A stretch of 15,619 nucleotides of DNA from Planctomycetota bacterium (GTDB lineage: Bacteria > Planctomycetota > SZUA-567): the NCBI GenBank assembly GCA_031548865.1, contig JAVBQR010000186.1, positions 1 to 15,619 of the forward strand. The letters run 5' to 3'. The translations under genes and the position numbers were made by a program. The notes under the pieces were generated by a model. It was not told the origin of the DNA, made no database searches, and saw only the letters and a program-made list of their open reading frames with translations. Below are positions 1 to 7,978 of this stretch, one piece after another (the first letter of the stretch is position 1; each line of letters starts with the position of its first letter).

Positions 1-76
1 TGTCAAACAGTTATGGGCGGTTTTGTCCTTATTTCAGCGGCATTCCATCATGTCGCCGTTATTCTCGCGCGTGGCA

Positions 77-661
77 CTAACGCATTTTTCCCGCCAAACT
101 CGCCAGCGCCGCTACCACCTCGGGCTGGGAAAGGGGGGGCAGGAGATCGGTGCCGGAGGCGGTGACCATGCCGGTGAATTCGATCCGCAAGGTCTTAAAC
201 GCCGCCGCCGCCACCGCCCGGGCCGGCTCGAACATGCGGGGATAATTCCCCCCGCCGCAGAGTAGCAAGGCGCCCCGCCGCCGCGCCGGCGGCATTCCCC
301 CCGGATCGGCCCGAAAACCCGGCCAATAGGCCTGCAACCGGCTGATAAACGCGACCAGAGGGGCGGTAAGGGAGGTAAAATGCAAGGGCGACGCAAACAC
401 CAGTGCGTCGGCCCGGATGAGCTTGGCAATCACTCCAAGGAAATCGTCACCCGGCCCCTGCTGACACGCCCCGCCCGCCCGACAGCGCAAACAGCCCCGG
501 CAGGGGCGGATATGCAAATCGTACAAATGCGCGAACTCCGCCTCCCCGGGTAAACCGGCGACCAGGCGCCGCGCCATCGCCATGGCGTTGCCCTCGTGAT
601 GGGGCGACGCGTTGAGAATCAGCGTGAAAGGGGCGGTGGGGTCGGCGGGAAGCCTGTTCAC
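77..661 (-). CDS. Iron-sulfur flavoprotein (Isf-like, flavodoxin-fold NAD(P)H-dependent FMN reductase family)
   Basis: The 194-aa ORF has an N-terminal 'LILNASPHHEGN' flavodoxin-like FMN-binding start typical of this family. It carries a compact CX2CX2CX5C motif (RPCRGCLRCRAGGAC), as in Methanosarcina Isf proteins that bind a [4Fe-4S] cluster. The GTG start at 661-659 overlaps the upstream gene's TGA stop (GTGA), indicating translational coupling. Confidence 0.65.
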   Translation of the reverse strand: MNRLPADPTAPFTLILNASPHHEGNAMAMARRLVAGLPGEAEFAHLYDLHIRPCRGCLRCRAGGACQQGPGDDFLGVIAKLIRADALVFASPLHFTSLTAPLVAFISRLQAYWPGFRADPGGMPPARRRGALLLCGGGNYPRMFEPARAVAAAAFKTLRIEFTGMVTASGTDLLPPLSQPEVVAALASLAGKMR

Positions 662-1449
662 GGGAGTGCCCTGGTTCGGGAAGCGGCCCGCTGCTTGCGG
701 GCGGCGATGGCGGCTTCGCGCACCTTTTCGTCGGTCCCCCCGGCCAGCTCCAAACGCAGCAGGGCGCGGTCGACTTCCGCGCTTTGCCGGATCAGGCTCA
801 TGGTGTCGACCGCCCGCAGGCGGGTGGTCATGCCGGCGTCGGAGGAGGCGGCCAAGTCGTAAAGCTTGTTTACGGTGCGGTTGTCGGCATTGACGATGAT
901 CTGGCGCATGGTGCGCTGCACCACCGCGTCGTTACTGTCACCCAACCGGCCGGTAAGCCGGTTCAGGTGAAAGACCGGCAACAGGACCATGCCGGCGATG
1001 ACCAGGAGCAAACCGCCGGCGATAACCAGCCAAGTCCACCACGGAAGATAACGGTGCACGCCGGCTGGGACCAGGACAAACGGCGCGTCGCCATGCCGCC
1101 GATAATCGCCCATGCTTTGCGGATCGATGGCGATGAATTTGCCGTCGAGATTTTTCCCGAGGCGGGAATCGTTCAAATGCTCGGCAAGGAACTCGTAGGG
1201 GGATTGATCCTCGATGTCGGCCTGGTCGGCGGCGGGCGGGGCGGAGTTTGCGGATCCGGCGCCGGGGTCCGGGTTGGCGTCTTGGGGCAGAGGCAGGTCG
1301 GGCGGCCAATCCAGCGGTTGGGAAGGCGCGGCAGAGGCGGGAGTCCTGACCTTTTCCGCCGCCATGCGCACGGCGCGGGGGTTGTTGCTGGCGGCGGCGT
1401 CGAAAAAGGCGTCGAGGTCGTCTTTTCGCGGAGGTTGCGGCGCAGTCAT
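658..1449 (-). CDS. Hypothetical membrane protein with a Pro-rich cytoplasmic N-terminus, one TM helix and a C-terminal HEAT-like segment
   Basis: I prefer the start at ATG 1449-1447 (MTAPQPP...) because it follows GAGGTGG with a 5-nt spacer. In-frame alternatives lie at 1464 and 1527. There is a single hydrophobic helix, WWTWLVIAGGLLLVIAGMVLLPVF. It forms an operon with the downstream Isf-like gene through an overlapping stop/start. Confidence 0.5.
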   Translation of the reverse strand: MTAPQPPRKDDLDAFFDAAASNNPRAVRMAAEKVRTPASAAPSQPLDWPPDLPLPQDANPDPGAGSANSAPPAADQADIEDQSPYEFLAEHLNDSRLGKNLDGKFIAIDPQSMGDYRRHGDAPFVLVPAGVHRYLPWWTWLVIAGGLLLVIAGMVLLPVFHLNRLTGRLGDSNDAVVQRTMRQIIVNADNRTVNKLYDLAASSDAGMTTRLRAVDTMSLIRQSAEVDRALLRLELAGGTDEKVREAAIAARKQRAASRTRALP

Positions 1450-1735
1450 TTTTCCACCTCGCATTTTTTGGACTTTTCGAAAAGTCCGGGAAAGACCACC
1501 AATTAATACTTGTAATCTTACCTGCATATCATTTCAAGTAAAAGCGGGATTGGCTTTTTGTTTCAGAAAAGAGACAAGTTTCAGAAATTTTTTTTGCATA
1601 AAAGGAATTATGCCGTATACTCTAAATAGGAATAGTTTGTGTTTGTAATGGCCTATTAGCACGACCTTTACACAAAAAACGGGGTTATGCTATAAAATTT
1701 CTTTATTCCGCGTTAAATACGTCCAAAAAAAACTC

Positions 1736-1763
1736 TTGACAACTTATGTGAAACTTGTATAGT
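1736..1763 (+). promoter_or_regulatory. Near-consensus sigma70 promoter (TTGACA, 16 nt, TATAGT) inside the AT-rich intergenic region
   Basis: TTGACA lies at 1736-1741 and TATAGT at 1758-1763, with a TG dinucleotide immediately upstream of the -10. It points away from the divergent minus-strand operon and toward the terminator at 1855-1904. Confidence 0.35.
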
Positions 1764-1764
1764 T

Positions 1765-1904
1765 TAGTTAGAGCGATGGAAATAAAGTATGAACACACCG
1801 ATAACGAAAATGCTTATCAACAAGGCGTCGCTCATTAAAATTACCCCTCACCCTGGTTCCCGTCTGATCTCAACTATGTGGTTGGGGACGGGAACCTTTT
1901 TTTT
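1765..1904 (+). ncRNA. Candidate ~140-nt small RNA, or micro-ORF transcript, bounded by the consensus promoter and an intrinsic terminator
   Basis: The promoter at 1736-1763 and the terminator are about 140 nt apart. The terminator has a perfect 10-bp stem (ggttcccgtc 1855-1864 pairing gacgggaacc 1887-1896) followed by T8 at 1897-1904. The only ORF inside is a 20-codon one (1776-1838, MEIKYEHTDNENAYQQGVAH) with a weak RBS. No plus-strand gene upstream could account for the terminator. Confidence 0.3.
1855..1904 (+). terminator. Rho-independent terminator (10-bp perfect stem, 22-nt loop, T8 tract)
   Basis: ggttcccgtc ... gacgggaacc tttttttt, read directly from the sequence. Confidence 0.5.
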
Positions 1905-1905
1905 A

Positions 1906-1917
1906 ATAACATGTTAT
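1906..1917. promoter_or_regulatory. Perfect 12-bp palindrome ATAACATGTTAT upstream of rbr, a possible Fur/PerR-family operator
   Basis: ataacatgttat at 1906-1917 sits immediately after the terminator and ~190 bp upstream of the rbr start. Rubrerythrin genes in Desulfovibrio are typically PerR-regulated, which is established knowledge. The box assignment itself is inference. Confidence 0.25.
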
Positions 1918-2110
1918 CGATACCAAATACCCGCCCAGGCTAAAATCCCCCTTTAATAAAAATTGTCGGCGGCGGCGCGGATTCACCCCCGCTGGCCGAC
2001 AGGTTATTCATGTAAATGCGTAGTCCGCCATATTAACGCGCCATGGGAATTGTTTACCCAAAACTTTCCTTCACTTCTTAATTTTTTCCTCGATTATAAA
2101 GGAGAACCAC

Positions 2111-2683
2111 ATGCATCTTAAAGGGTCGAAAACCGCCCAGAATATCATGACCGCCTTCGCCGGAGAATCCCAAGCCAGGAATCGCTACACCTTCTATGCC
2201 GCCAAAGCCAAGCAGGAAGGCCTGGTGCAAGTCTCCGCCATTTTCGAGGAAACGGCCGGACATGAAAAAGAGCACGCCAAACGCCTCTTCAAATTCATGA
2301 CCGGGGATCAACAGCAAATCGCCGCCGCCTTCCCCTTCGGGGTCATCTCCTCCACCGCCGACAACCTCAAGGAATCCGCCGACGGCGAACATTACGAAGC
2401 TTTCGAAATGTACCCCGATTTCGCCAAAACCGCCAAGGAGGAGGGCTTCAACGATATCGCCGACGCCCTCCTTCACATCGCCGAAGCTGAAAAATACCAC
2501 GAACGCCGCTATCTCGCCTTGCGTAAAAGCATCCTCGGCGGCACCGTTTTCCGTAAACCCCAATCCGTCACCTGGCGCTGCCGCAACTGCGGTTACAACC
2601 ACGAAGGCGCCGAAGCCCCCACCACCTGCCCGGCCTGCGCCCATCCGCAAGCCCACTTCGAGGTACTTTGCGAAAATTACTGA
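2111..2683 (+). CDS. rbr: Rubrerythrin
   Basis: The 190-aa protein has an N-terminal ferritin-like diiron domain (ESQARNRY...EHAKRLFKF...E..EHYE) and a C-terminal rubredoxin-like domain CRNCGY...CPAC. Identity to D. vulgaris Rbr is high (LKGS-T--NI-TAFAGESQARNRY ... WRCRNCGY-HEG--AP--CPACAHP-AHFE). A strong RBS, aaaGGAGAaccacATG, precedes it. Confidence 0.93.
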   Translation: MHLKGSKTAQNIMTAFAGESQARNRYTFYAAKAKQEGLVQVSAIFEETAGHEKEHAKRLFKFMTGDQQQIAAAFPFGVISSTADNLKESADGEHYEAFEMYPDFAKTAKEEGFNDIADALLHIAEAEKYHERRYLALRKSILGGTVFRKPQSVTWRCRNCGYNHEGAEAPTTCPACAHPQAHFEVLCENY

Positions 2684-2746
2684 TACATAGTTGAGAGGGC
2701 GAATTTCACACCGGAAGCTCACACACTAGAATGCAAAGGGACTGCC

Positions 2747-3142
2747 ATGAAGAAACTGAACGAGATGTACAAATGCGACTGCGGCACCGTATTCGAAATC
2801 ATCGCCGAAGGCACTGCCGACGCCCCGAAGGAGGAAACGCCCAATCATTGCGAGAAACCCATGAAACTCCTCAAGGAAGGCGCCACCGACGGCGCCAAGG
2901 AAAAGCACGTCCCGGTCATCGAAAAGATCGACGGCGGCTATAAGGTGAAAGTCGGCTCCGTCCCCCATCCCATGACCCCCGAACACTGGATCGTCGCCAT
3001 CGAGCTCTTCGCCGATGGCCAGGTCCTCCGGCAAAATCTCGCCCCCACCGACAAACCCGAAGCCGTCTTCTACACCAAGGCGAGCAAGGTAAAAGCGCGC
3101 GAATACTGCAACCTGCACGGCTTGTGGGCGGCTGAGAAATAA
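2747..3142 (+). CDS. dfx: Desulfoferrodoxin (superoxide reductase, Dfx/Rbo family)
   Basis: The 131-aa protein has EKHVPVIEK, the H-x5-H pair (HPMTPEH) and CNLHG center-II ligands (His49, His69, His75, Cys116, His119 plus Glu47 and Lys48). The second domain is near-identical to D. baarsii and D. vulgaris Dfx ([14 protein letters not shown]...[12 protein letters not shown]). The RBS is AAGGGActgccATG. Confidence 0.9.
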   Translation: MKKLNEMYKCDCGTVFEIIAEGTADAPKEETPNHCEKPMKLLKEGATDGAKEKHVPVIEKIDGGYKVKVGSVPHPMTPEHWIVAIELFADGQVLRQNLAPTDKPEAVFYTKASKVKAREYCNLHGLWAAEK

Positions 3143-3170
3143 CTGGCCGCACCCACCCGCACAACACCAA

Positions 3171-3204
3171 GGGGTAAACGTCTGCCGACGTTTACCCCTT
3201 TTTT
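3171..3204 (+). terminator. Strong intrinsic terminator after dfx
   Basis: A perfect 12-bp stem (ggggtaaacgtc 3171-3182 pairing gacgtttacccc 3187-3198) encloses a 4-nt loop and is followed by T6 at 3199-3204. Confidence 0.75.
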
Positions 3205-3265
3205 AACTCCGTTCATCCGCAACAAAACGCAAAATCCCTCCGCTACCACCCGTTTGGGCTGCCCG

Positions 3266-6200
3266 TTACAAATATTTCTTCAACTGTTCCGCCAAGTCCT
3301 TCGGATCGCACTTGGGGATGAAGCCGTCGGCCTCGACTTCCGTGGCCCGGCTGATCATGTTGTCGTTGGTGATCGAGCTGTGGAGCAGCACCGGCAGAAC
3401 CCGCAGGACCGGGTCGTGTTTGATGTTGTAGGTCAAAGTATAACCGTCCATCCTGGGCATTTCGATGTCGGAGAGGATGAGGTCGACGCGGGTGAAGATG
3501 GATTCCTTCCTGCTGTCGGCTTCCTTGCGCATCGCCTCGACTTTTTCCCAGGCTTCCTGGCCGTCACCGGCTTCGATGACGGTGATGCCGGCTTTGCTGA
3601 GCGCCTTGTTGGTCTGTTTGCGAATCAGGGGCGAGTCTTCGACCAGGAGGATGCGGACGCCGTCCTTTTTGGCTTCGCCGACGTTCCCCAGTTCGGTGCC
3701 CATGTCGCCGTACAGTTCCAGGACGTTGCCGACGATACGTTCGAAATCAAGGACAAAGGCGACCTGCGCCTCGGGATGGACCGAGGCGGTTTTACCTTTG
3801 GCCGGCGGTTTGACCGGCAGCGGCGCCGCGTTCTTGGCGGCGGCGGCGGGAAGCGTTTCGCCGGCCTTTTCACCTTTCGCTGGCGCCTTTTTGCCGTTGC
3901 CGCCGGCGCCGGAAGCGTCTTCCAGTTCGCCGCCTTTGGCATTCTTGTCGCCGCCGAGCGTTCCCTTTAGTTTGGAAATGAGAATGGTCCCGACGATGTA
4001 TTCCAGTTGAATCAGCCCGCCCGTGGACGGCGGCGGCATGATGTCCTCCCAGGAGATGTAGGAGACGCGTTCCACCGAACTGACCAGGAAACCGACGGTT
4101 TTCCCGGAGAATTCGCAGATGAGGACGATCTGTTCCCATTCGGGGCGCCGCTGGGCTTCATTCAGCAGGCCCAGGACGACCCCCATGTGCACCACCGGGA
4201 CGGTTTTTTCGCGGAGGAGCATCATGCCGGCGAAGCCCTTGGGGCTGCCGGGAATGGAGCGGAGCTGGGTAATCGGCACGAATTCGCGGGTTTTGAAGGC
4301 GTTGATGGCAAAGACGTGGGTGCGTGCCTTGCCGTCCTGATCGCCCGGCGCCATGATGTTGAAGTCGATGATGCCGACCTGGTTCGAGCCGATGGAAACG
4401 GTGTCGATTTGCCGCGAGTTCTCGGCCTGGCGTTTCCCGGCGTCGTTGAAGGCCTTCATGGCGGTGGTGGCGACGCGTTCGGTGAGTTTGGTCGTCTCGA
4501 TTACGAGACCGATGGCGCCGTCCGGGAGGATGGCCGCGCCGGCGACCAATTCCGAATTGGCGAGCGGCCCCTCGAGCGAACGTATGACCACCTGGGAGGA
4601 CCCGATGGTGTCGTCGACCAGGACGGCGGCGAGCATTTCGCCGGTTTCTACCACCACCAGGACGCCTGCGTCGGCCGCTTTGGCGTCGGCTTCGATACCG
4701 AATTCCCGGCCGAGGAAGAGGACGGGGAGGATGACGCCGCGAATGGTGACGATGGTGCCGCCGCCCTTGATGGTGCCGATGTCGGCCTTGGAGGCGCGGA
4801 AACACTCGCGGACCTGCGAGACCGGCATGACCAGGATGTTTTTCCCGACCCGGACCATCATGGCGTCCATGGCGGCGACCATCAGCGGGAAGCGCATGCG
4901 GACGGTGGAGCCGTTGCCTTCGGCGGTCTTGATTTCCACCCGTCCCCGAAGGGAGTCGATGGACTCGCGGACGATTTCCATGCCCACGCCGCGTCCCGAG
5001 AGCCCGGTGATTTTCTTGGCGGTGGAGAGCCCGGGAAGGAAGACCAGGTCGGCGACCTCCTCGTCGGTGAGGACGGCGTCGGGGGCGATTTTCCCCATGC
5101 TGACCGCTTTGTCGTGGATGGCTTTGAGATCGAAGCCTTTCCCGTCGTCGACGAGTTCGATGACGATGTCCGAATTGGTGCGGCTGGCAGAAATGGTGAT
5201 GGAGCCGCGTTCGGGTTTTCCGGCGCGGCGGCGGACGTCGGCGGGCTCGATGCCGTGGTCCACGGCGTTGCGGATGATGTGAATCAGGGCGGCGGAGAGG
5301 CTTTCGACGATGGAACGGTCGACCTGGGTGTCGATCCCTTTCATGTTGATGTCGATCATTTTCCGGCTGGCCCGGGCGGCGTCAACGGCGGCGCGGCGCA
5401 CGGTCATGAACAGGGGACGGATGGAGGTCATGCGCATGGAACTGGCGACGTCCTGGAGGCGGGAGCAGGCCCGGAGGAGATTCGTGGTCTGGAGGGACAT
5501 GCTTTCCTGGCCCTGCAGATGGTTGGAAATGTACGAGCCCAGGAGCGAGACCTCGCCGACGATTTCGAGTAGATCGTCGAGGCGGTTGACATCGACGGAA
5601 ATGGCTTTGACCCGGTTCTCGTCGACTTTCTTTTCGTCCTTATCCCTGTCTTTGCGGGCACCGGACGCGGGCGAGGCGAGAACGCGTTCGGCGGCGAGGA
5701 TGGCGGTGCCGCTGGCGGAGATGGTGTCGCCGCCATTGGCGGAATCGGTGTCGACGGCGACGTTGGCGAGATCTCCCGAGACGATGACCGTCTCTTCACC
5801 CGGGCTTTTTTTGCCGGCGGCAGTGGCGGCTTTTTTCGCGGCCGGAGCCGGAGTCGGAGTCGGAGCCGGCGGGGCAGCTCGAACCGGAGCTGGCGGCTGA
5901 AGCGGCGGCGGCGTTTCCCGCGGGCGCGGCGTCCCTGCCGGCATCGCGGCGGGAGTTGCGGCCTGAACCGGGACCGGGGCTTTTGCCGGTACGCTGAAGG
6001 CGTCGGCGAGCAGGGCGGAAAGGTTGATTTCCTCCACCGGCTCCTCGTGATCGGCGGCGGCGGCCTCCGGATCGGGCCAGGTGGCCAGGGCCGATTCCGG
6101 AGTCGCCTTGGCGCTTTCCGGCCCGGCGGACGGGCGGGCGAGGAGAAGCTCCGGGGCCGCGTCCGGGTCGTTTTCTGTGAAGACGGTGCTGAGGAATTCG

Positions 6201-7363
6201 GCGGCGCTCAGTGACTCGGCCAAGTGCCTCGCCTCGGCGGCGCTGATACCTTCGGAAGGGAGTTCGGGAGCGCGGCTTTCCGCCAGCATGGCGTCGGCTA
6301 CCGCGGCGGCGGCGGCATCGCTGAGGTTGCCGCCGGAAGCGGTGGTGGCATGCGCATCCCCGTCAGGTTCGGAAACCGTTTCGGGTAGGTCTCCGGCGGG
6401 CGTCTCCCCGGTGTTTTCGCTATCCCCGGCGCTTCCGCAGTCGCCGGTAATCCCGACCTCCTCCCCATCGCTGTCCCCGAGATCGGATCCGGGCGGCGGC
6501 GGCGCGAAGCCGGAGAAAAAGTCGGCGAATTTGTCCTGATCCTCTTCCCCGCCTTCCGTTCCGGCGGCGGCTTCCTCCGCTCCGGCGTTTCCGCCGCTCT
6601 GGGCTTCCACCACGCCGGTGTGCAGCTCGTCCATCAGGCTTTGGATGAGATCCTCGCCGATGTCTTCGCGGCTGACGCCGGCGAGGATTTGCCGGGCGAT
6701 GGCGGTCAATTCCTGCAGGGCGGCGACGATTCCGTTGGTGAGGATGAGATTGCCGCTGCGGGCGCCTTCGATCTCCGACTCGATGCCGTGGCAGAAGTCG
6801 GCCACCGATTTGATGCCGCAGATGGCGCCTTCGCCTTTCAGGGTGTGGAACTGGCGGAAGATGGAACGGACTTCGTCGGATTCGGTAACCGGAGGGCAGA
6901 GGGCGAGGAGGGCGCTTTCGAGCTCGTCGATACGTTGCTCGATAGCCATGATCATTTCGCGCTGTTCGTCGTCGTCCTCGAAGGTGGTGGCTTGTTTGAC
7001 CCGGGCTTCCTCTTTCTTGGCGTCGCGGAAGAACAGGCCGGCTTCGGCCAGGGCTTGCTTGCGGTGGGACTCGACGATGCCGGAGCCGCCGTTGAGGCCC
7101 TGCAGCACGCCGGAGAGGCTTTGGATCGCCTTTACGCCCGCTTCGGGGTTGGCTATTATGCCTTTCGAAAGGGTTTTGGCAATGTCGGCGATGGTTCCGG
7201 CAACTTCCTGGGCGTCGGAGTCGCCGTCCTGGAGAAAGGCTCCGGAGAGCTCGTCGGCTTTCTCGTGGATGACGCGCCATTCTTCGTTGGCCGAGGTCAT
7301 GCCGACCAGGACGAGATCGGAAGTGAGGGTGCGCAATTTTTTCAGGGTCGCTTCACTAATCAT
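3266..7363 (-). CDS. cheA: Hybrid chemotaxis histidine kinase CheA with two CheW-like domains and a C-terminal receiver (CheA-CheW-CheW-REC, FrzE/ChpA-like)
   Basis: The start ATG at 7363-7361 follows GGAGGctgtac, and the six-frame ORF extends further, to 7426. The HPt motif is FRQFHTLKGEG, with the His codon at 6847-6845. A Pro/Ala/acidic low-complexity linker of roughly 400 aa follows. The dimerization and HATPase core read DENRVKAISVDVNRLDDLLE and IHIIRNAVDHGIE with G1/G2 boxes. There is a P5 CheW-like domain, then a second CheW-like domain (VGIIDFNI...FAINAFKTREFV), then a REC domain (ILLVEDSPLIRK...LILSDIEMPRMDGYTL...K). Confidence 0.85.
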   Translation of the reverse strand: MISEATLKKLRTLTSDLVLVGMTSANEEWRVIHEKADELSGAFLQDGDSDAQEVAGTIADIAKTLSKGIIANPEAGVKAIQSLSGVLQGLNGGSGIVESHRKQALAEAGLFFRDAKKEEARVKQATTFEDDDEQREMIMAIEQRIDELESALLALCPPVTESDEVRSIFRQFHTLKGEGAICGIKSVADFCHGIESEIEGARSGNLILTNGIVAALQELTAIARQILAGVSREDIGEDLIQSLMDELHTGVVEAQSGGNAGAEEAAAGTEGGEEDQDKFADFFSGFAPPPPGSDLGDSDGEEVGITGDCGSAGDSENTGETPAGDLPETVSEPDGDAHATTASGGNLSDAAAAAVADAMLAESRAPELPSEGISAAEARHLAESLSAAEFLSTVFTENDPDAAPELLLARPSAGPESAKATPESALATWPDPEAAAADHEEPVEEINLSALLADAFSVPAKAPVPVQAATPAAMPAGTPRPRETPPPLQPPAPVRAAPPAPTPTPAPAAKKAATAAGKKSPGEETVIVSGDLANVAVDTDSANGGDTISASGTAILAAERVLASPASGARKDRDKDEKKVDENRVKAISVDVNRLDDLLEIVGEVSLLGSYISNHLQGQESMSLQTTNLLRACSRLQDVASSMRMTSIRPLFMTVRRAAVDAARASRKMIDINMKGIDTQVDRSIVESLSAALIHIIRNAVDHGIEPADVRRRAGKPERGSITISASRTNSDIVIELVDDGKGFDLKAIHDKAVSMGKIAPDAVLTDEEVADLVFLPGLSTAKKITGLSGRGVGMEIVRESIDSLRGRVEIKTAEGNGSTVRMRFPLMVAAMDAMMVRVGKNILVMPVSQVRECFRASKADIGTIKGGGTIVTIRGVILPVLFLGREFGIEADAKAADAGVLVVVETGEMLAAVLVDDTIGSSQVVIRSLEGPLANSELVAGAAILPDGAIGLVIETTKLTERVATTAMKAFNDAGKRQAENSRQIDTVSIGSNQVGIIDFNIMAPGDQDGKARTHVFAINAFKTREFVPITQLRSIPGSPKGFAGMMLLREKTVPVVHMGVVLGLLNEAQRRPEWEQIVLICEFSGKTVGFLVSSVERVSYISWEDIMPPPSTGGLIQLEYIVGTILISKLKGTLGGDKNAKGGELEDASGAGGNGKKAPAKGEKAGETLPAAAAKNAAPLPVKPPAKGKTASVHPEAQVAFVLDFERIVGNVLELYGDMGTELGNVGEAKKDGVRILLVEDSPLIRKQTNKALSKAGITVIEAGDGQEAWEKVEAMRKEADSRKESIFTRVDLILSDIEMPRMDGYTLTYNIKHDPVLRVLPVLLHSSITNDNMISRATEVEADGFIPKCDPKDLAEQLKKYL

Positions 7364-7405
7364 GTACAGCCTCCGACCAATCGCGACGTATACAGCTAAT
7401 GCGTT

Positions 7406-7428
7406 GATTGCGGAAATTTTCCGCAATC
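7406..7428. promoter_or_regulatory. 23-bp perfect palindrome GATTGCGGAAA-T-TTTCCGCAATC in the cheA 5' UTR, at the predicted transcription start; operator or RNA hairpin
   Basis: It has 11-bp perfect arms around a single central T, and lies 43-65 nt upstream of the cheA ATG and immediately downstream of the predicted -10. Confidence 0.4.
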
Positions 7429-7432
7429 GTTC

Positions 7433-7461
7433 ATTCTAATGCCCGGACGCTTCCAAAGCAA
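7433..7461 (-). promoter_or_regulatory. Putative sigma70 promoter of cheA (TTGCTT, 17 nt, TAGAAT on the minus strand)
   Basis: On the minus strand the sequence reads ttgctt-tggaagcgtccgggcat-tagaat. The -35 maps to 7461-7456 and the -10 to 7438-7433. The predicted TSS falls at the left edge of the palindrome. Confidence 0.35.
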
Positions 7462-7594
7462 GAGAATGCACGCGGCGACGGCGAAATAGCGGCTCTATTT
7501 TAATGGCGGTTGCTTGGTCACAGACGTAACCGTTTAATGGAGGGAAGCAGCGCCTGCGCGGGGGTCGGAGAGAGGTGGGTGAGGTGACAGCGTT

Positions 7595-7978
7595 TTACCA
7601 CATTACCGAGACATCATACCGCTGGAAAATTTCATCCCGGGTGACCAAAGTCATGCGTTCCCGATTGGCTTGGGAGATCAGCATGCGGTCGAAGGGATCC
7701 CGGTGGTGCAGAGGGAGCATACCGGCACTTATGGCGCGTTCTTCATAAATTGGTATAAAAGCAACACCCTTATCACGAAGCTTATCGGTAACATCCCTGA
7801 TAGGATACGCAAGTTTCAACTTTCCCAGATTAACTTTGATGGACATTTCCCAAATACTGGCAATGCTGACATATAAGTCATTATTGGGGTTTTCGATGAA
7901 CGATTTAGCTTTGACACTGAGAGCCGGACTTCGCTCAAAATACCAAATAATGACATGAGTATCAAAAAGTAGTCGCAT
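7595..7978 (-). CDS. vapC: PIN-domain ribonuclease toxin VapC
   Basis: The 127-aa protein begins MRLLFDTHVIIW and has the conserved acidic positions (D6, E in IWEMSIK, D in VTRDEIF). Its ATG overlaps the upstream antitoxin stop by 1 nt (TAATG). AT-rich composition of about 45% GC contrasts with its neighbours. Confidence 0.85.
   Translation of the reverse strand: MRLLFDTHVIIWYFERSPALSVKAKSFIENPNNDLYVSIASIWEMSIKVNLGKLKLAYPIRDVTDKLRDKGVAFIPIYEERAISAGMLPLHHRDPFDRMLISQANRERMTLVTRDEIFQRYDVSVMW

Noticed and set aside
71-90. TGGCAC motif at 71-76 as a sigma54 -24 element, and a 'tggcaatataagcg' motif near 11966
   Set aside because: Spacing to a GC or TTGC -12 element is wrong (off by 2-3 nt) in both cases. 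No EBP or sigma54 context supports them.
1450-1527. Longer N-terminal extensions of the membrane protein, starting at 1464 or 1527
   Set aside because: GAGGTGG lies between the 1464 and 1449 ATGs, optimally spaced for 1449. The extra residues (MQVRLQVLIGGLSRTFRKVQKMRGGK) would have to be translated from the AT-rich promoter region.
4007-5572. 521-aa plus-strand ORF, and similar long ORFs at 3254-3970, 4353-5282, 5310-5900, 6081-6539 and 6618-7439, all antisense to cheA
   Set aside because: They have Gly/Asp/His/Arg-rich or Ser/Thr/Arg-rich nonsense composition with no RBS. They are typical shadow ORFs on the strand opposite a high-GC gene whose own reading is clearly CheA.
5836-5885. Tandem gga/gtc/gcc repeats as a mobile or satellite repeat
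   Set aside because: They are in frame within cheA and encode the Pro/Thr/Ala linker (PAPTPTPAP). This is coding low-complexity sequence, not a separate element.
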